The translations under genes were made by a program, and so were the position numbers. This document shows, piece after piece, positions 1-11,128 of a stretch of DNA of 64,000 nucleotides. Origin of the DNA: an uncultured Pelagibacteraceae bacterium. GTDB lineage: Bacteria > Pseudomonadota > Alphaproteobacteria > Pelagibacterales > AG-422-B15. The stretch spans positions 2,121-66,120 of the forward strand of contig CACNCV010000001.1 in assembly GCA_902619105.1 (NCBI GenBank), read 5' to 3'. Under the pieces are notes generated by a model. It was not told the DNA's origin and did no database searches. It was given only the letters and a program-made list of their open reading frames with translations. How positions within the stretch are numbered: position 1 is the stretch's first letter; the number at the start of each line of letters is the position of its first letter.

Positions 1-404
1 AAAATCTCAGAAAAAGATTTGATAGAGAAAAAGAGGATCTTAGTAACTATGTAATTTCTGAATTCGCTAAAGAAATACTTTCTGTACTTGATAATCTACA
101 GAGGGCAATGGCAACAGCTAATCTTGAAGAAGTGAGAGAAAAATCGAGTGAAATATCACAATTATTAGAAGGTATAGAACTTACTGAAAAACAAATTATT
201 TCAACTTTTGAGAAATTTAAAATTGAGCAAGTTAAATCTATGGGTGAGCAATTTGACCCCAACATACACCAAGCAATGTTTGAAGTTCAGAAAGATGAGC
301 AAGAACCGGGTACAATAGCAGAGGTAGTTCAAGAAGGTTATAAAATAGGTGAACGACTACTAAGACCAGCGCTGGTTGGGGTTATAAAGAAAAAAAACGA
401 CTAA
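1..404 (+). CDS. grpE: Nucleotide exchange factor GrpE (5' truncated by window)
   Basis: Frame open from window start (NLRKRFDREKEDLSNY...DNLQRA); FDPNIHQAM and GYKIGERLLRPALVGV motifs; upstream of dnaK. Confidence 0.96.
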   Translation, partial: NLRKRFDREKEDLSNYVISEFAKEILSVLDNLQRAMATANLEEVREKSSEISQLLEGIELTEKQIISTFEKFKIEQVKSMGEQFDPNIHQAMFEVQKDEQEPGTIAEVVQEGYKIGERLLRPALVGVIKKKND

Positions 405-465
405 AATCAATAAGATAGCAAAAAAATGATTTTTTAAATCTTTATACACTTTTTTTTTGGAAGGG

Positions 466-493
466 GTTGTATGAGTAAAACAACTACCCATAT
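466..493 (+). promoter_or_regulatory. Putative sigma32 (RpoH) promoter of dnaK
   Basis: GTTG(466-469)-N17-CCCATAT(487-493) resembles the alphaproteobacterial RpoH consensus, upstream of a heat-shock gene. Confidence 0.55.
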
Positions 494-516
494 GTATTTC
501 AAATATTTATTTAAAA

Positions 517-2442
517 ATGGCAAAAGTAATAGGAATAGATCTAGGTACAACAAATAGTTGCATCTCAATAATGGACGGCAAGGACCCTAAGGTTATTGAA
601 AATGCTGAGGGTTCACGCACGACGCCATCTATTATTAGTTTCGGTGGTGATGACGAAAAATTAGTTGGTCAGCCTGCAAAAAGGCAAGGTGTGACAAACC
701 CTGAGAATACGTTCTTTGCGATCAAGCGTTTAATTGGAAGATCTTTTGAGGATCCAATGGTCAAAAAAGATGCTGATATGGTACCATTTAAAATAATTAA
801 ATCTGAAAATGGTGATGCTTGGGTTGAATCTGGCTCTGAAAAATACTCACCATCACAAATTTCTGCGTTTGTATTACAAAAATTAAAGGAAGATGCAGAG
901 CGATATTTAGGAGAAAAAGTTGAGAAGGCTGTTATTACAGTGCCTGCATATTTTAATGACGCCCAAAGACAGGCTACAAAAGATGCTGGTAAAATAGCTG
1001 GTCTTGAAGTTGAGAGAATTGTTAATGAGCCAACAGCTGCAGCACTTGCCTATGGTCTAGATAAAAAAGATGGTAAGACAATTGCTGTTTATGATTTGGG
1101 CGGTGGAACTTTCGATATTTCAATTCTAGAAATTGGCGACGGTGTTTTTGAAGTTAAGTCAACAAATGGAGATACCTTTTTAGGTGGAGAAGATTTCGAT
1201 ACTCGCCTTTTAAATTACCTTGCTGAAGAATTTAAAAAAGAAAATAATATTGATCTTACTCAAGACAAGTTAGCGCTCCAAAGATTAAAAGAGTCAGCTG
1301 AAAAAGCTAAAATTGAATTATCTTCAACCTCTCAAACAGAAATTAATTTACCATTTATTACAGCTGACCAGTCAGGACCGAAACATTTAAATATCAAAGT
1401 AACAAGAGCAAAACTTGAAACACTTGTTGATGATTTAATTGAAAAAACGATTAAACCATGTGATGCGGCTCTCAAGGATGCAGGCTTAAGTGCAGGTGAA
1501 ATTGATGAGGTAGTGTTAGTTGGTGGGATGACAAGAATGCCAAAAGTAATAGAAACTGTAAAAAACTTTTTTGGTAAAGAGCCTAATAAAGGAGTTAACC
1601 CGGATGAGGTTGTTGCGCAAGGAGCAGCGATACAAGCTGGTATTCTCCAAGGAGACGTTAAAGATGTATTATTACTTGATGTTACACCTCTTTCTCTTGG
1701 TATTGAAACGCTCGGAGGAGTCTTCACAAAATTAATTGATAAAAATACAACAATTCCAACAAAGAAAAGTCAGGTATTTTCTACTGCTGATGACAATCAA
1801 ACTGCTGTAACAATACGAGTGTGCCAGGGCGAGAGAGAAATGGCCGCTGATAATAAATTGCTTGGAAACTTTGACTTAATAGGTATTCCACCTGCGCCCA
1901 GAGGTGTTCCTCAAATTGAAGTAACATTTGATATTGACGCTAATGGAATTGTAAATGTATCTGCAAAAGATAAAGGCACAGGCAAAGAACAACAAATTAA
2001 AATACAAGCATCGGGTGGATTGAGTGAAGAAGAGATCGACAAAATGGTCAAGGAAGCTGAAGCTAACGCGGAGGCAGATAAGAAGAAACGAGAAGGTGTT
2101 GATATTAAAAACCAAGCAGACACAATGATACACTCTGCTGAGAAAAATCTAAAAGAATTTGGTGATAAGGTTTCTGAGCAAGAAAAGAATACAATTGAAA
2201 ATGATATCAAGACCTTAAAAGAAGCTGTTACTTCAGATGACACCGATAAGATTAAAATTGGACTTGAAGCATTAACTCAATCATCTATGAAATTAGGTGA
2301 AGCAATGTATAAGGCTCAACAACAGGATGCTCCTAATCCAAATGAGCCATCTGACAAGACAGCTGCTGGATCTGACCAGAATAATGAGAAAGTTGTTGAT
2401 GCTGAATTCGAGGAAGTCAAAGAAGATAATAAGCAATCGTAA
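517..2442 (+). CDS. dnaK: Chaperone DnaK (Hsp70)
   Basis: [25 protein letters not shown] motifs; 641 aa. Confidence 0.99.
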   Translation: MAKVIGIDLGTTNSCISIMDGKDPKVIENAEGSRTTPSIISFGGDDEKLVGQPAKRQGVTNPENTFFAIKRLIGRSFEDPMVKKDADMVPFKIIKSENGDAWVESGSEKYSPSQISAFVLQKLKEDAERYLGEKVEKAVITVPAYFNDAQRQATKDAGKIAGLEVERIVNEPTAAALAYGLDKKDGKTIAVYDLGGGTFDISILEIGDGVFEVKSTNGDTFLGGEDFDTRLLNYLAEEFKKENNIDLTQDKLALQRLKESAEKAKIELSSTSQTEINLPFITADQSGPKHLNIKVTRAKLETLVDDLIEKTIKPCDAALKDAGLSAGEIDEVVLVGGMTRMPKVIETVKNFFGKEPNKGVNPDEVVAQGAAIQAGILQGDVKDVLLLDVTPLSLGIETLGGVFTKLIDKNTTIPTKKSQVFSTADDNQTAVTIRVCQGEREMAADNKLLGNFDLIGIPPAPRGVPQIEVTFDIDANGIVNVSAKDKGTGKEQQIKIQASGGLSEEEIDKMVKEAEANAEADKKKREGVDIKNQADTMIHSAEKNLKEFGDKVSEQEKNTIENDIKTLKEAVTSDDTDKIKIGLEALTQSSMKLGEAMYKAQQQDAPNPNEPSDKTAAGSDQNNEKVVDAEFEEVKEDNKQS

Positions 2443-2454
2443 GCAGGTAAGCTT

Positions 2455-3591
2455 ATGTCAAAAAGAGACTATTACGAAGTTCTTGGCGTTTCCAAGTCAG
2501 CTGATGACTCCGAAATAAAAAAAGCCTATAGAAAATTAGCAATGAAATATCATCCTGATCGTAACCAGGGTGATGCAGATGCAGAGGTTAAATTCAAAGA
2601 AGCTAGTGAGGCATACGCTATACTTCATGACAAAGAAAAACGTTCAGCTTACGACCAGTTTGGTCATGCAGCAGTCGATGGTAATACAGGCCAGGGTGGT
2701 TTTGGTTTTGATTTTAATTCATCAGCTTTTCAAGATATTTTTGAAGACTTTTTTGGAGACTCATCCTTTTTTGGTGGTGGAGTAAATCGTAGAAGAAAAA
2801 CAAATAATCGTGGCTCAGACTTAAGATATGATATTACTGTTAGTCTTGAAGAAGCGTTTAATGGTAAAAAATTTAAAGTAAAAATTCCAACTCAAGTTCA
2901 ATGTGACTCTTGTTCAGGTTCTGGTGCATCTCAAGGAAGTCAGCCAGTAACTTGTCAGTCATGCGGAGGTAGGGGGCAGATTCGCTCACAACAAGGTTTT
3001 TTTTCAATTCAACAAACTTGTCCAACCTGTCAGGGAAGTGGTTCAACTATTTCAGATCCATGCAGACCATGTAGCGGATCTGGGAGAACACAGAAAACAA
3101 AGAGTTTGATGGTGAAAATACCAAAAGGTGTTGATGACGGTTCTAGAATAAGACTATCTGGAGAAGGCGAAGCTGGTCTTAACGGCGGGCAGAAAGGGGA
3201 CTTGTATATATTTGTAAATGTAAATGAGCATGAAATATTTGCTCGTGAAAATGAAAATTTATTTGCTGAGGTACCAATATCTATGGTCGATGCTGCTGTT
3301 GGCGGCGCCATTGACATACCGACAATAGATGGCGGTAAAGCAAGGCTAAAAATACCTCAAGGTACTCAATCTGGTGATCAATTCAGATTAAAATCAAAAG
3401 GCATGCCTAATGTTCGCAACGGTTATTTAGGTGATTTGTATATTCAGGCAAAAGTTGAAACACCAGTAAATTTAAGTAAGAAGCAAATTGAAATATTGAA
3501 ATCCTTTCAAGAAACCAGTAATCAAAATGAGAGTCCTTTAGCATCGGCATTTTTTAAAAAAGCTAAGGATTTTTGGAAAACAAAAGCTTAA
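2455..3591 (+). CDS. dnaJ: Chaperone DnaJ
   Basis: J domain HPD, G/F region, four CxxCxGxG repeats. Confidence 0.99.
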   Translation: MSKRDYYEVLGVSKSADDSEIKKAYRKLAMKYHPDRNQGDADAEVKFKEASEAYAILHDKEKRSAYDQFGHAAVDGNTGQGGFGFDFNSSAFQDIFEDFFGDSSFFGGGVNRRRKTNNRGSDLRYDITVSLEEAFNGKKFKVKIPTQVQCDSCSGSGASQGSQPVTCQSCGGRGQIRSQQGFFSIQQTCPTCQGSGSTISDPCRPCSGSGRTQKTKSLMVKIPKGVDDGSRIRLSGEGEAGLNGGQKGDLYIFVNVNEHEIFARENENLFAEVPISMVDAAVGGAIDIPTIDGGKARLKIPQGTQSGDQFRLKSKGMPNVRNGYLGDLYIQAKVETPVNLSKKQIEILKSFQETSNQNESPLASAFFKKAKDFWKTKA

Positions 3592-3630
3592 AAAACTTAC
3601 TTTTTCAATTATTTCGATTATCCTAAATTA

Positions 3631-4440
3631 ATGAAAAAAATAAAAATTGTCATAACTGGCGTAACCGGACGCATGGGAATGCAAATTGCTAAAAGAGTTT
3701 TGAAAGATAAATCACTTGTTTTGTATGGTGCAACCGAGAGAAGCGGGCATAAAGCTATTGGCAAAGATTTAGGTCAACTACTCAAAACAAAAAAATTAAA
3801 AATTAAAGTCACAGATAATATAATTCCATTATTTGCTAAAACTGACGCTGTTATTGACTTCACAACTCCTGAAGCAACTATCATGCATACAAAATACGCA
3901 GCTCAAGCAAGAATAGTGCATATAATTGGAACTACAGGTTTTAATAGCTCTCAATTAAAAAAAATTAAACTCGCTGCGCAGCATGCAACAATCATAAAAT
4001 CAGGTAATATGAGTTTAGGTATAAACCTAATAAATAAATTAATTAAAATAAGTTCCTCAAGTTTAAAAAATGATTTTGACACAATAATAAACGAAACGCA
4101 TCATCGACATAAAGTTGATGCACCTTCAGGCACTGCAGTAATGATGGGGCAAGCTGTAGCAGAAGGTAAAAATAAAAAATTTGAAAAAATTAAAAAAATC
4201 TCTCGTCTAAACATAAAGGCTAAAAGTACTAAAGATAAGATTGTAATCTCATCCTTCCGCAAAGGTGAAGTAATTGGTGATCACGAAATTATTTTTTCAA
4301 GTAGGGATGAGGATATTACTATTAAGCATACAGCGAAAGATAGGGGTATTTTTGCTAACGGAGCAATACAAGCTGTGAAATGGGGCATGAACAAAAAACC
4401 TGGCCTATTTGACATGTCGGATGTGCTAAATATAAGTTAG
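3631..4440 (+). CDS. dapB: 4-hydroxy-tetrahydrodipicolinate reductase
   Basis: GxxGRMG, DFT, GTTG, ETHHRHKVDAPSGTA motifs. Confidence 0.97.
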   Translation: MKKIKIVITGVTGRMGMQIAKRVLKDKSLVLYGATERSGHKAIGKDLGQLLKTKKLKIKVTDNIIPLFAKTDAVIDFTTPEATIMHTKYAAQARIVHIIGTTGFNSSQLKKIKLAAQHATIIKSGNMSLGINLINKLIKISSSSLKNDFDTIINETHHRHKVDAPSGTAVMMGQAVAEGKNKKFEKIKKISRLNIKAKSTKDKIVISSFRKGEVIGDHEIIFSSRDEDITIKHTAKDRGIFANGAIQAVKWGMNKKPGLFDMSDVLNIS

Positions 4441-4457
4441 GTTGAAAAAGAACCATA

Positions 4458-5111
4458 ATGTTAAAGGCTGATAAGGCAAAAAAAATTATTAGTATTTTAA
4501 ATAAAATTTATCCCGAAACCCCAATTCCACTAAATCATAAAAATAATTTTGAATTATTAATTTCTGTTCTTCTAAGTGCGCAGTGTACAGATAAAAGGGT
4601 CAATGAAGTAACTCCATTGCTTTTTAAGAAAGCAAATAATCCTGCGAAAATGGAGAAGCTGCCAGTCAAAACCATTTATAATATTGTGAGACCCTGTGGT
4701 CTTGCTCCACAAAAATCGAAAGCTATCTCAAAGCTATCAAAAATATTAATGAAAAATTATAGTGGTAAGGTTCCAGAAACTTTTGAAGATCTAGAGGCGC
4801 TTCCTGGAGTAGGGCATAAAACAGCTAGTGTTGTAATGTCACAAGGTTTTGGTCACCCAGCATTTCCTGTTGATACTCATATTCATCGACTTGCCCAAAG
4901 ATGGGGGTTAACAAATGGTAAGAGTGTAAAACAAACTGAACATGATTTAAAAAAAATATTTCCCGAAAAACTATGGAACAAGTTACATTTACAAATAATA
5001 TTTTATGGAAGGGAATATTGTGAAGCTCGAAGTTGTTTTGGAATAGAGTGTAAAATATGTAAAACTTGTTATCCAACTAGAAAAAAGCCAATTAAAACAA
5101 AAAAAGCATAA
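4458..5111 (+). CDS. nth: Endonuclease III
   Basis: LLSAQCTD, LPGVGHKTA HhH, VDTHIHR, C-terminal Cys cluster. Confidence 0.96.
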   Translation: MLKADKAKKIISILNKIYPETPIPLNHKNNFELLISVLLSAQCTDKRVNEVTPLLFKKANNPAKMEKLPVKTIYNIVRPCGLAPQKSKAISKLSKILMKNYSGKVPETFEDLEALPGVGHKTASVVMSQGFGHPAFPVDTHIHRLAQRWGLTNGKSVKQTEHDLKKIFPEKLWNKLHLQIIFYGREYCEARSCFGIECKICKTCYPTRKKPIKTKKA

Positions 5112-5170
5112 ATGGTTATAAAAATAAAACACCTTTAACTGTCTATTGTTTGCTGATAACTTTATTCATT

Positions 5171-5902
5171 ATGATTAATAAAGAAGTAGCACTCATTATT
5201 GGTGCGGGTGACAGCCTTGGTTCTGCGGTAGCGAGAGTATTTGCACAAAATAACTTCATTACAGTAGTTGCTAGAAGGAACGGGGATCAATTATCACCAC
5301 TTAAAGAAGAGATAGAAAAAAATGGTGGAAAGTGTTTCGCATATAGTTTAGACGCAAGAAAAGAAGAAGATGTAATTAACTTTATTAATAAGATTGAAAC
5401 AGAGATTGGTGAAATTAATGTGGCCGTATACAACATTGGAGCCAACATTCGTTTCAACATTTTAGAAACAACCTCAAAAAAATATTATAAAGTATGGGAA
5501 ATGGCGACTTTTGGAGCATTTCTAATGGGAAGAGAAGTAACAAGAAAAATGATACCAAGAAAAAAAGGGACAATCATATTTACCGGCGCGACAGCAAGTA
5601 TAAGAGGTAAAGAAGGATTTGCTGCATTCTCCGGTGCTAAACAAGCGAAAAGAGCTTTGGCGCAAAGTATGGCGAAAGAATTAGCACCAAAAGGTATTCA
5701 TGTCGCTCATGTTATTGTAGATGGAGCAATTGATACGCCGTGGGTGAATAAGCTTTTTCCTGAGTATGTCAAAGAAAAGAAAAAAATTGATGGTTTGATG
5801 AAGCCAGATGATATTGCGCAAAACTACTTGATGATACATAATCAACCAAAAAATGCGTGGACGTTTGAGTTAGATTTACGTCCTTGGGTGGAAACATGGT
5901 GA
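5171..5902 (+). CDS. SDR-family oxidoreductase
   Basis: Rossmann GAGDSLG, YNIG, FTGATAS, GIHVAHVIVDG; ATG 5171 preferred over TTG 5150. Confidence 0.9.
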   Translation: MINKEVALIIGAGDSLGSAVARVFAQNNFITVVARRNGDQLSPLKEEIEKNGGKCFAYSLDARKEEDVINFINKIETEIGEINVAVYNIGANIRFNILETTSKKYYKVWEMATFGAFLMGREVTRKMIPRKKGTIIFTGATASIRGKEGFAAFSGAKQAKRALAQSMAKELAPKGIHVAHVIVDGAIDTPWVNKLFPEYVKEKKKIDGLMKPDDIAQNYLMIHNQPKNAWTFELDLRPWVETW

Positions 5903-6849
5903 ATCAAGAATTTGACATTGTTGGTATAGGAAATGCAATTGTAGATGTAATCACCGATGTCAATGATGAATTTATAAATCAACAAGAGCTAAGAAAAGGA
6001 CTTATGTCACTTGTAGATTTAGATACTATCAAATCCCTATCAAACAAAATTGAGATAAAAGCTAATGTCTCTGGGGGATCAGTCGCAAACTCAATCGTTG
6101 CATTAGCTCAAAATAATATCAAATCTGCTTTCATCGGCAAAGTAGGTAAAGACGAAGTTGGAAATTCGTTCATTCGAGGTCTTGAAAAAGAAAAAGTTGT
6201 TTTTGCAAATGAAGCCCGATCAGATGAAAGTGAAACTGGAAGATGTCTAGTAATGGTAACGCCAGATGCACAACGAACAATGAGTACATATTTAGGAATT
6301 TCTCAAAAACTAAAATCAAATGATATCAATGAGGATGTTATAGCACAGTCAAAAATTACTTATCTTGAAGGATACCTTTGGGACCTTGATGATGCGCAAG
6401 AAGCAATTAAAAAAGCAATAAAAATTTCTAAAGAGGCAAACAGGTTGGTTGCATTTAGTGTGTCTGATGTTTTTTGTATTGAACGTTTTAGAGAAAGTTT
6501 TTTAAATCTAGTTAATAATGAAGCTGATATAATTTTTGCAAATGAAGAGGAAATTAAATCGCTTTATCAAAAGGATAGTCTTGATGATTGTCTCGAAATT
6601 ATAAGTCAGCATGATAAAATATTTGCTATCACACTTGGTGAAAAAGGTGCGATGATTGCTAATAAAGATCAGCTTATACAAATAAAAGCTCAACAAATTG
6701 TAAATTTGGTCGATACTACTGGAGCAGGAGATCTATTTGCTGCAGGCTTCTTACTTGGATACATAAATGGTGAAAATTTAGAACAGTGTGGGAATGAAGG
6801 TGTAGCATTCGCCTCTAAAATAATTCAAATCTACGGAGCAAGGTTATGA
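5896..6849 (+). CDS. PfkB-family sugar/adenosine kinase
   Basis: GIGNAIVD, GGSVANS, YLEGYLWD, DTTGAGDLFAAGF; start ATG 5896 or GTG 5899. Confidence 0.92.
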   Translation: MVNQEFDIVGIGNAIVDVITDVNDEFINQQELRKGLMSLVDLDTIKSLSNKIEIKANVSGGSVANSIVALAQNNIKSAFIGKVGKDEVGNSFIRGLEKEKVVFANEARSDESETGRCLVMVTPDAQRTMSTYLGISQKLKSNDINEDVIAQSKITYLEGYLWDLDDAQEAIKKAIKISKEANRLVAFSVSDVFCIERFRESFLNLVNNEADIIFANEEEIKSLYQKDSLDDCLEIISQHDKIFAITLGEKGAMIANKDQLIQIKAQQIVNLVDTTGAGDLFAAGFLLGYINGENLEQCGNEGVAFASKIIQIYGARL

Positions 6850-7697
6850 GCAAAAAATCTATTATGATAACAGGTGTCTCTACTGGTATTGGACTAGGAA
6901 CACTTAGTTATTTTGTGAAAAACGGTTTTCACGTTTATGGAAGTATTCGTAATTCAAAAGATGCAAACAGATTAAAAAAAATTTATAAAGATAATTTTAC
7001 ACCTCTAATCTTTGATGTAACAAAAGAAGCTCAGCTAAAAAAGGCTTTCACATTTTTGAAAAAAGATCTCAAGAGTTCAAATCTTCTTGCTTTAGTTAAT
7101 AACGCAGGTGTAGCAATATCTGGCCCCTTATTACATCAAAGGGTGAAAGATTTTGAAAAACAAATTGATATTAATTTAAATGGTGCATTTAGAGTCATAA
7201 GATATTTTGCTCCATTGTGTGGAGCGGAAAAAAATAATAGTTCGAAGAAGGGTGTAATTTTTAATATAAGTTCAATTTCTGGAAAAATTGGAATGCCTGG
7301 CGTTGGAGCCTATACTGCATCTAAATTTGGTTTAGAGGGCTTAAGTCATAGTTTAAGAAGAGAATTGATTAGATACGGAGTTGATGTTGTAGTTATTGGA
7401 CCAGGCCCAATAAAAACTGAAATTTTTGATAAAATTGATAAAAAATTTTTAAACAGCCTCAAAAAAACTGATTATGCAAAGGCAGCCAAAGGAATACCTA
7501 AAAGAATGAAAAATGCCAAAAAGATAGCTTTTCCAGCTGAGGAAGTTGGAAAATTAATATTTAATGCGCTTCATAATCCAAACAGAAAAACACGGTATGC
7601 CATCACGCCAAGTAGAATGATGTATTGGACACTTCCAATGTTATTACCCGACAGAGTCTTAGATCAATTAATCAAAAGACGATCGGGAGAATTGTAA
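6846..7697 (+). CDS. SDR-family oxidoreductase
   Basis: TGVSTGIG, NNAG, YTASK catalytic motif. Confidence 0.92.
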   Translation: MSKKSIMITGVSTGIGLGTLSYFVKNGFHVYGSIRNSKDANRLKKIYKDNFTPLIFDVTKEAQLKKAFTFLKKDLKSSNLLALVNNAGVAISGPLLHQRVKDFEKQIDINLNGAFRVIRYFAPLCGAEKNNSSKKGVIFNISSISGKIGMPGVGAYTASKFGLEGLSHSLRRELIRYGVDVVVIGPGPIKTEIFDKIDKKFLNSLKKTDYAKAAKGIPKRMKNAKKIAFPAEEVGKLIFNALHNPNRKTRYAITPSRMMYWTLPMLLPDRVLDQLIKRRSGEL

Positions 7698-8666
7698 AAT
7701 TTTATTTGATTCTTTTATAACATCATCCGCTGAAATTAAATTAATATTACTACCACCAAATTTGACCGATGAAATAAAATGAATGTTTTCAAATTGATCA
7801 TTTAGAAACTTAACAGCGCTGGTTGGACCACATATTTTCAGCAATGGACATAGATTTGTTGATAGCATTTGCCCAGTGCCACTATCATTAGTAATTGCCA
7901 TACTTAAATATTTTGTAGCACCCATTACTACCTCAAGTCCCGGAAAATTAGATAGTTCCTCCTCAGGAAACATTGGTTTTTTAATTTGATTAATTATATC
8001 TTCCTTTAAATGAGTCTCTTGTGGGCCAAGAAAAAAAACTATTTCGAACCCTTTTGCTTCAAAATATTTAGCCACATCTATGAATTTTTTGTAGTCCCAT
8101 ATCCTCTTTGGCGTATTAGAGCCAAGTGAAATGCCAAAATACTTTTTATCTGCTTGGAAAACTTCTTGTAATTCTTTTAGTATTTCTTTTGGAATTGTTA
8201 TAGATGATGCTTGTTGTTTTTTATAACTTGATACTAAATCAAGCATCTCAATAATATTATTTACATAAAATTCCCTTTTTGATTTTTTGTCCTTGGGTTT
8301 ATAGTTTGAAAATATCCAATTAGCAGAGGCGGAGATGAATTTTGAACATTTAATTCTTCGCAACGCAATGGTGCGTAAAACCGCTTTTTGTGTATCAATG
8401 ATTATATCAAAATTTATATTTCTAAGATCATATTTTGAAGATATTCTTTTCCAAAAAAAAGGGCTTAAATTTACTTGCTCCCAAATTTTGTCAATATATG
8501 GCTCAGTAAATTTTTTTAAACGGGAATTATATTCAGTATAAATAGTATCAGTCATCCAATGGATTTCTGATGTTGGGAATCTTTCTCTTAACTGGTGGAC
8601 AATTTGAAGTTTTAATATTCCATCCCCAATTTGTTCACCATTACTGAAGATAAGAATCTTTTTCAT
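7668..8666 (-). CDS. Glycosyltransferase family 9 (heptosyltransferase-like)
   Basis: IGDxI N-terminal motif, ITNDSG and GPT C-terminal motifs. Confidence 0.8.
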   Translation of the reverse strand: MKKILIFSNGEQIGDGILKLQIVHQLRERFPTSEIHWMTDTIYTEYNSRLKKFTEPYIDKIWEQVNLSPFFWKRISSKYDLRNINFDIIIDTQKAVLRTIALRRIKCSKFISASANWIFSNYKPKDKKSKREFYVNNIIEMLDLVSSYKKQQASSITIPKEILKELQEVFQADKKYFGISLGSNTPKRIWDYKKFIDVAKYFEAKGFEIVFFLGPQETHLKEDIINQIKKPMFPEEELSNFPGLEVVMGATKYLSMAITNDSGTGQMLSTNLCPLLKICGPTSAVKFLNDQFENIHFISSVKFGGSNINLISADDVIKESNKILQFSRSSFD

Positions 8667-8677
8667 GAAATTATGCG

Positions 8678-9685
8678 TTAGCTTTCTTCAGATACTTTTA
8701 TAATTAATTTACCTTCGTTTTCGCCAGAAAATAACTTTTTGATTGCAGTGCCAGCATTTTCAATCCCTGGAATAATATGATTTTTATACTTAATTTTGTC
8801 TTCTTTTAACCATTGTGTAATATCTTGGTAGGCTTCCATATATCTTTTGAAGTAATCAAAAACAATAAAGCCTTTAAGCTTAATTCTCTTTATCAATAAA
8901 TTTCCCCAAGCAGGTCCCGGAACAATTGACTCAGCATTATATCCTGAAATCAAACCACAAAGACTTATTCTTCCATTGATATTCATGCGAGTTAATACTG
9001 CCTCAGTAATGCTACCACCTACATTTTCAAAATATATGTCAACTCCATCAGGACAAGTCTCTTTTAATTTTTGTCTAAGATTTTCAGACTTATAATTAAT
9101 AGCAGAGTCAATACCTAGTTTATCAACAAGCCATTTACATTTTGCGTCTGAACCTGCAATCCCTATTACCCTGCAACCTTTAATTTTTCCTATTTGACAT
9201 ACAATTGATCCAACAGCACCGGCTGCTGCAGAAACAACTAAAGTTTCGCCAGGTTTTGGATCAGTTATATCAAGCAAACCAAAGTAAGCTGTGAGGCCAG
9301 TCATTCCTAAAATACTCATGTAACAATCAAGAGGAAAACCTGTTCCTTGAGGAATTTGCCTTACTCCTTTCCCATCACTTACACAGTATTGCTGCCATCC
9401 GCCCATACAGTTCACAATTTCACCTTTTTTAAATTTTTCATTTTTACTCTCTTCGATTATGCCTATTGTACCACCTCTCATGGTGTCTCCAATTTGCATA
9501 GCATCAACATAAGATTTTTGTCCACTCATCCACCCGCGATTTGCAGGATCCAAAGAGAGATATATGTTTCTTATTAATATTTGACTATCTGAAAGACTGG
9601 GAACTTCATTTTCCTCCAAAACTAAGTCCCCTTCACTAATTTCACCAACTGGAAATTTTTTTAAAATCCATTGTTTATTTTTCAT
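8678..9685 (-). CDS. NADP-dependent oxidoreductase (PTGR/CurA-like MDR)
   Basis: YLSLDP, GMTGLTAYFGL, SAAAGAVGS, YFENVGG; start at MKNKQW preferred. Confidence 0.92.
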   Translation of the reverse strand: MKNKQWILKKFPVGEISEGDLVLEENEVPSLSDSQILIRNIYLSLDPANRGWMSGQKSYVDAMQIGDTMRGGTIGIIEESKNEKFKKGEIVNCMGGWQQYCVSDGKGVRQIPQGTGFPLDCYMSILGMTGLTAYFGLLDITDPKPGETLVVSAAAGAVGSIVCQIGKIKGCRVIGIAGSDAKCKWLVDKLGIDSAINYKSENLRQKLKETCPDGVDIYFENVGGSITEAVLTRMNINGRISLCGLISGYNAESIVPGPAWGNLLIKRIKLKGFIVFDYFKRYMEAYQDITQWLKEDKIKYKNHIIPGIENAGTAIKKLFSGENEGKLIIKVSEES

Positions 9686-10136
9686 TATTATCTCCAATCA
9701 TTTTTTTAAAATTCACCTGAGGCATATCAACACTTACACAAGTTGATGTTGAGGTAACAATAGTCCTATTGTTTTGCTCCAATCTACCTTCCAAGAATAC
9801 AATATTTTTTCCAGATTTCACCACTCGCCCATATCCTGTAACTTTCCCCGGTTTAGTTGGATACAAAAAATTTGTTTTCAGTTCTATTGTTGGCGGTCTT
9901 TTTTTGAAATGATTTTGAAATATAAACGCTAATGCAGATGCATCATCTACCATTCCACTAACAATACCTCCTTGGACGTCACCTGCAGGATTACAATATT
10001 TTTTATCAATATCAAACTCAACTTTGATATCACCAGCTGTAGTATCAACTTCTAAAACAGTCATACTAAAAAGATCGAATAATTTATTCTGATTAAACAG
10101 CTTGATGAGTTCAGAGTCTGAGATTTTTTCACTCAT
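9675..10136 (-). CDS. PaaI-family hotdog thioesterase
   Basis: NPAGDVQGG...D motif. Confidence 0.85.
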   Translation of the reverse strand: MSEKISDSELIKLFNQNKLFDLFSMTVLEVDTTAGDIKVEFDIDKKYCNPAGDVQGGIVSGMVDDASALAFIFQNHFKKRPPTIELKTNFLYPTKPGKVTGYGRVVKSGKNIVFLEGRLEQNNRTIVTSTSTCVSVDMPQVNFKKMIGDNNEK

Positions 10137-10141
10137 ATTGA

Positions 10142-10531
10142 TTATTTGTATTCAGGTTTTTCAGGAAATACCATTGGTCCCAATGGTCTTCCCGCGAGTA
10201 AATGAAAGTGTAAGTGAGGTACTTCTTGATGCGCATCCTTACCAGCATTTGCAATGAGCCTATATCCTCCTCCTCCAGATTTTTCACTTATACCCAACAT
10301 ATCTGCCACGTTTGAAATAGCCCGATTGAAACCAACTATTTCTTCGTCCGAAGCATTCGCACTAAAATCATTTATGTCTATGTATTCCCCTTTTGGAATT
10401 ACTAAGGCATGTGAAGGTGCTTGCGGACGAATATCTTTGAATGACAGGACATATTCATCCTCATAAATTTTATCACAAGGGATTTCACCTCTTAAAATCT
10501 TAGCAAAAATATTTTCTTTATCATATGACAT
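10142..10531 (-). CDS. hinT: Histidine triad (HIT) nucleotide-binding protein
   Basis: NIFAKILRGEIPC, HLHFHL triad; typical after hisE in Alphaproteobacteria. Confidence 0.93.
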   Translation of the reverse strand: MSYDKENIFAKILRGEIPCDKIYEDEYVLSFKDIRPQAPSHALVIPKGEYIDINDFSANASDEEIVGFNRAISNVADMLGISEKSGGGGYRLIANAGKDAHQEVPHLHFHLLAGRPLGPMVFPEKPEYK

Positions 10532-10842
10532 TAATCTCTTAGTCCTGTTTTACCCTCTCTTTTTTCTAACTCTTGATAGACTTGATCAGGAGTAATATCA
10601 AATTTTTTCAACATGACTAACAAATGATAAATAAGATCTGCCGATTCATAAATTATTTGCTCTACATTATCTTCTTCAGCGGCTTCCACAGTTTCAAGTG
10701 ATTCCTCTTTTAACTTTTCTATACATTTACTTTTACCTTCTGATATAAGTTTTGCCGTATAAGATTTTGAAGGGTCTTCATTTGCATGTGAAATAATTGT
10801 ATCAAAGAGCCGAGCTAATACATCAACTTTTTTACTGCTCAT
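10531..10842 (-). CDS. hisE: Phosphoribosyl-ATP diphosphatase
   Basis: SYTAKL, KLKEE, ESADLIYHL. Confidence 0.95.
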   Translation of the reverse strand: MSSKKVDVLARLFDTIISHANEDPSKSYTAKLISEGKSKCIEKLKEESLETVEAAEEDNVEQIIYESADLIYHLLVMLKKFDITPDQVYQELEKREGKTGLRD

Positions 10843-11126
10843 TCCACTCCCTCAACAATTGCAAAAATTCTATCCTTTTCGTCTCCCAAGATTTTTTTTG
10901 CATTTTGATATTCTTCTGAGTTATAAGCCTGTTTAGCTATTTCAATTGTCTCATACTCAACTATGACGTTTCTTTCAAACTCTTTACCTTCCGTGGTTGT
11001 TTGTTCGCCACCCCGTACTAAAAATTTACCATTGTATTTTTTGACTGCCTCAGTTGCATACTCTGCATATAATTTTTGCTTGTCCGGATGTAACACATTG
11101 ACTTTTACTACCCAATAACCTTTCAT
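10839..11126 (-). CDS. DUF1330-family protein
   Basis: GKFLVRGG, YNSEEYQ, IVEG. Confidence 0.85.
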   Translation of the reverse strand: MKGYWVVKVNVLHPDKQKLYAEYATEAVKKYNGKFLVRGGEQTTTEGKEFERNVIVEYETIEIAKQAYNSEEYQNAKKILGDEKDRIFAIVEGVE

Positions 11127-11128
11127 AA

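Noticed and set aside
405-516. CIRCE/HrcA operator before dnaK
   Set aside because: No TTAGCACTC-N9-GAGTGCTAA present; only a sigma32-like promoter
1332-2243. Antisense ORFs within dnaK (likewise within dnaJ, hisF, hslU, purH, rpe and porin)
   Set aside because: Shadow frames of conserved genes, Ser/Ile/Phe-rich, with no motifs
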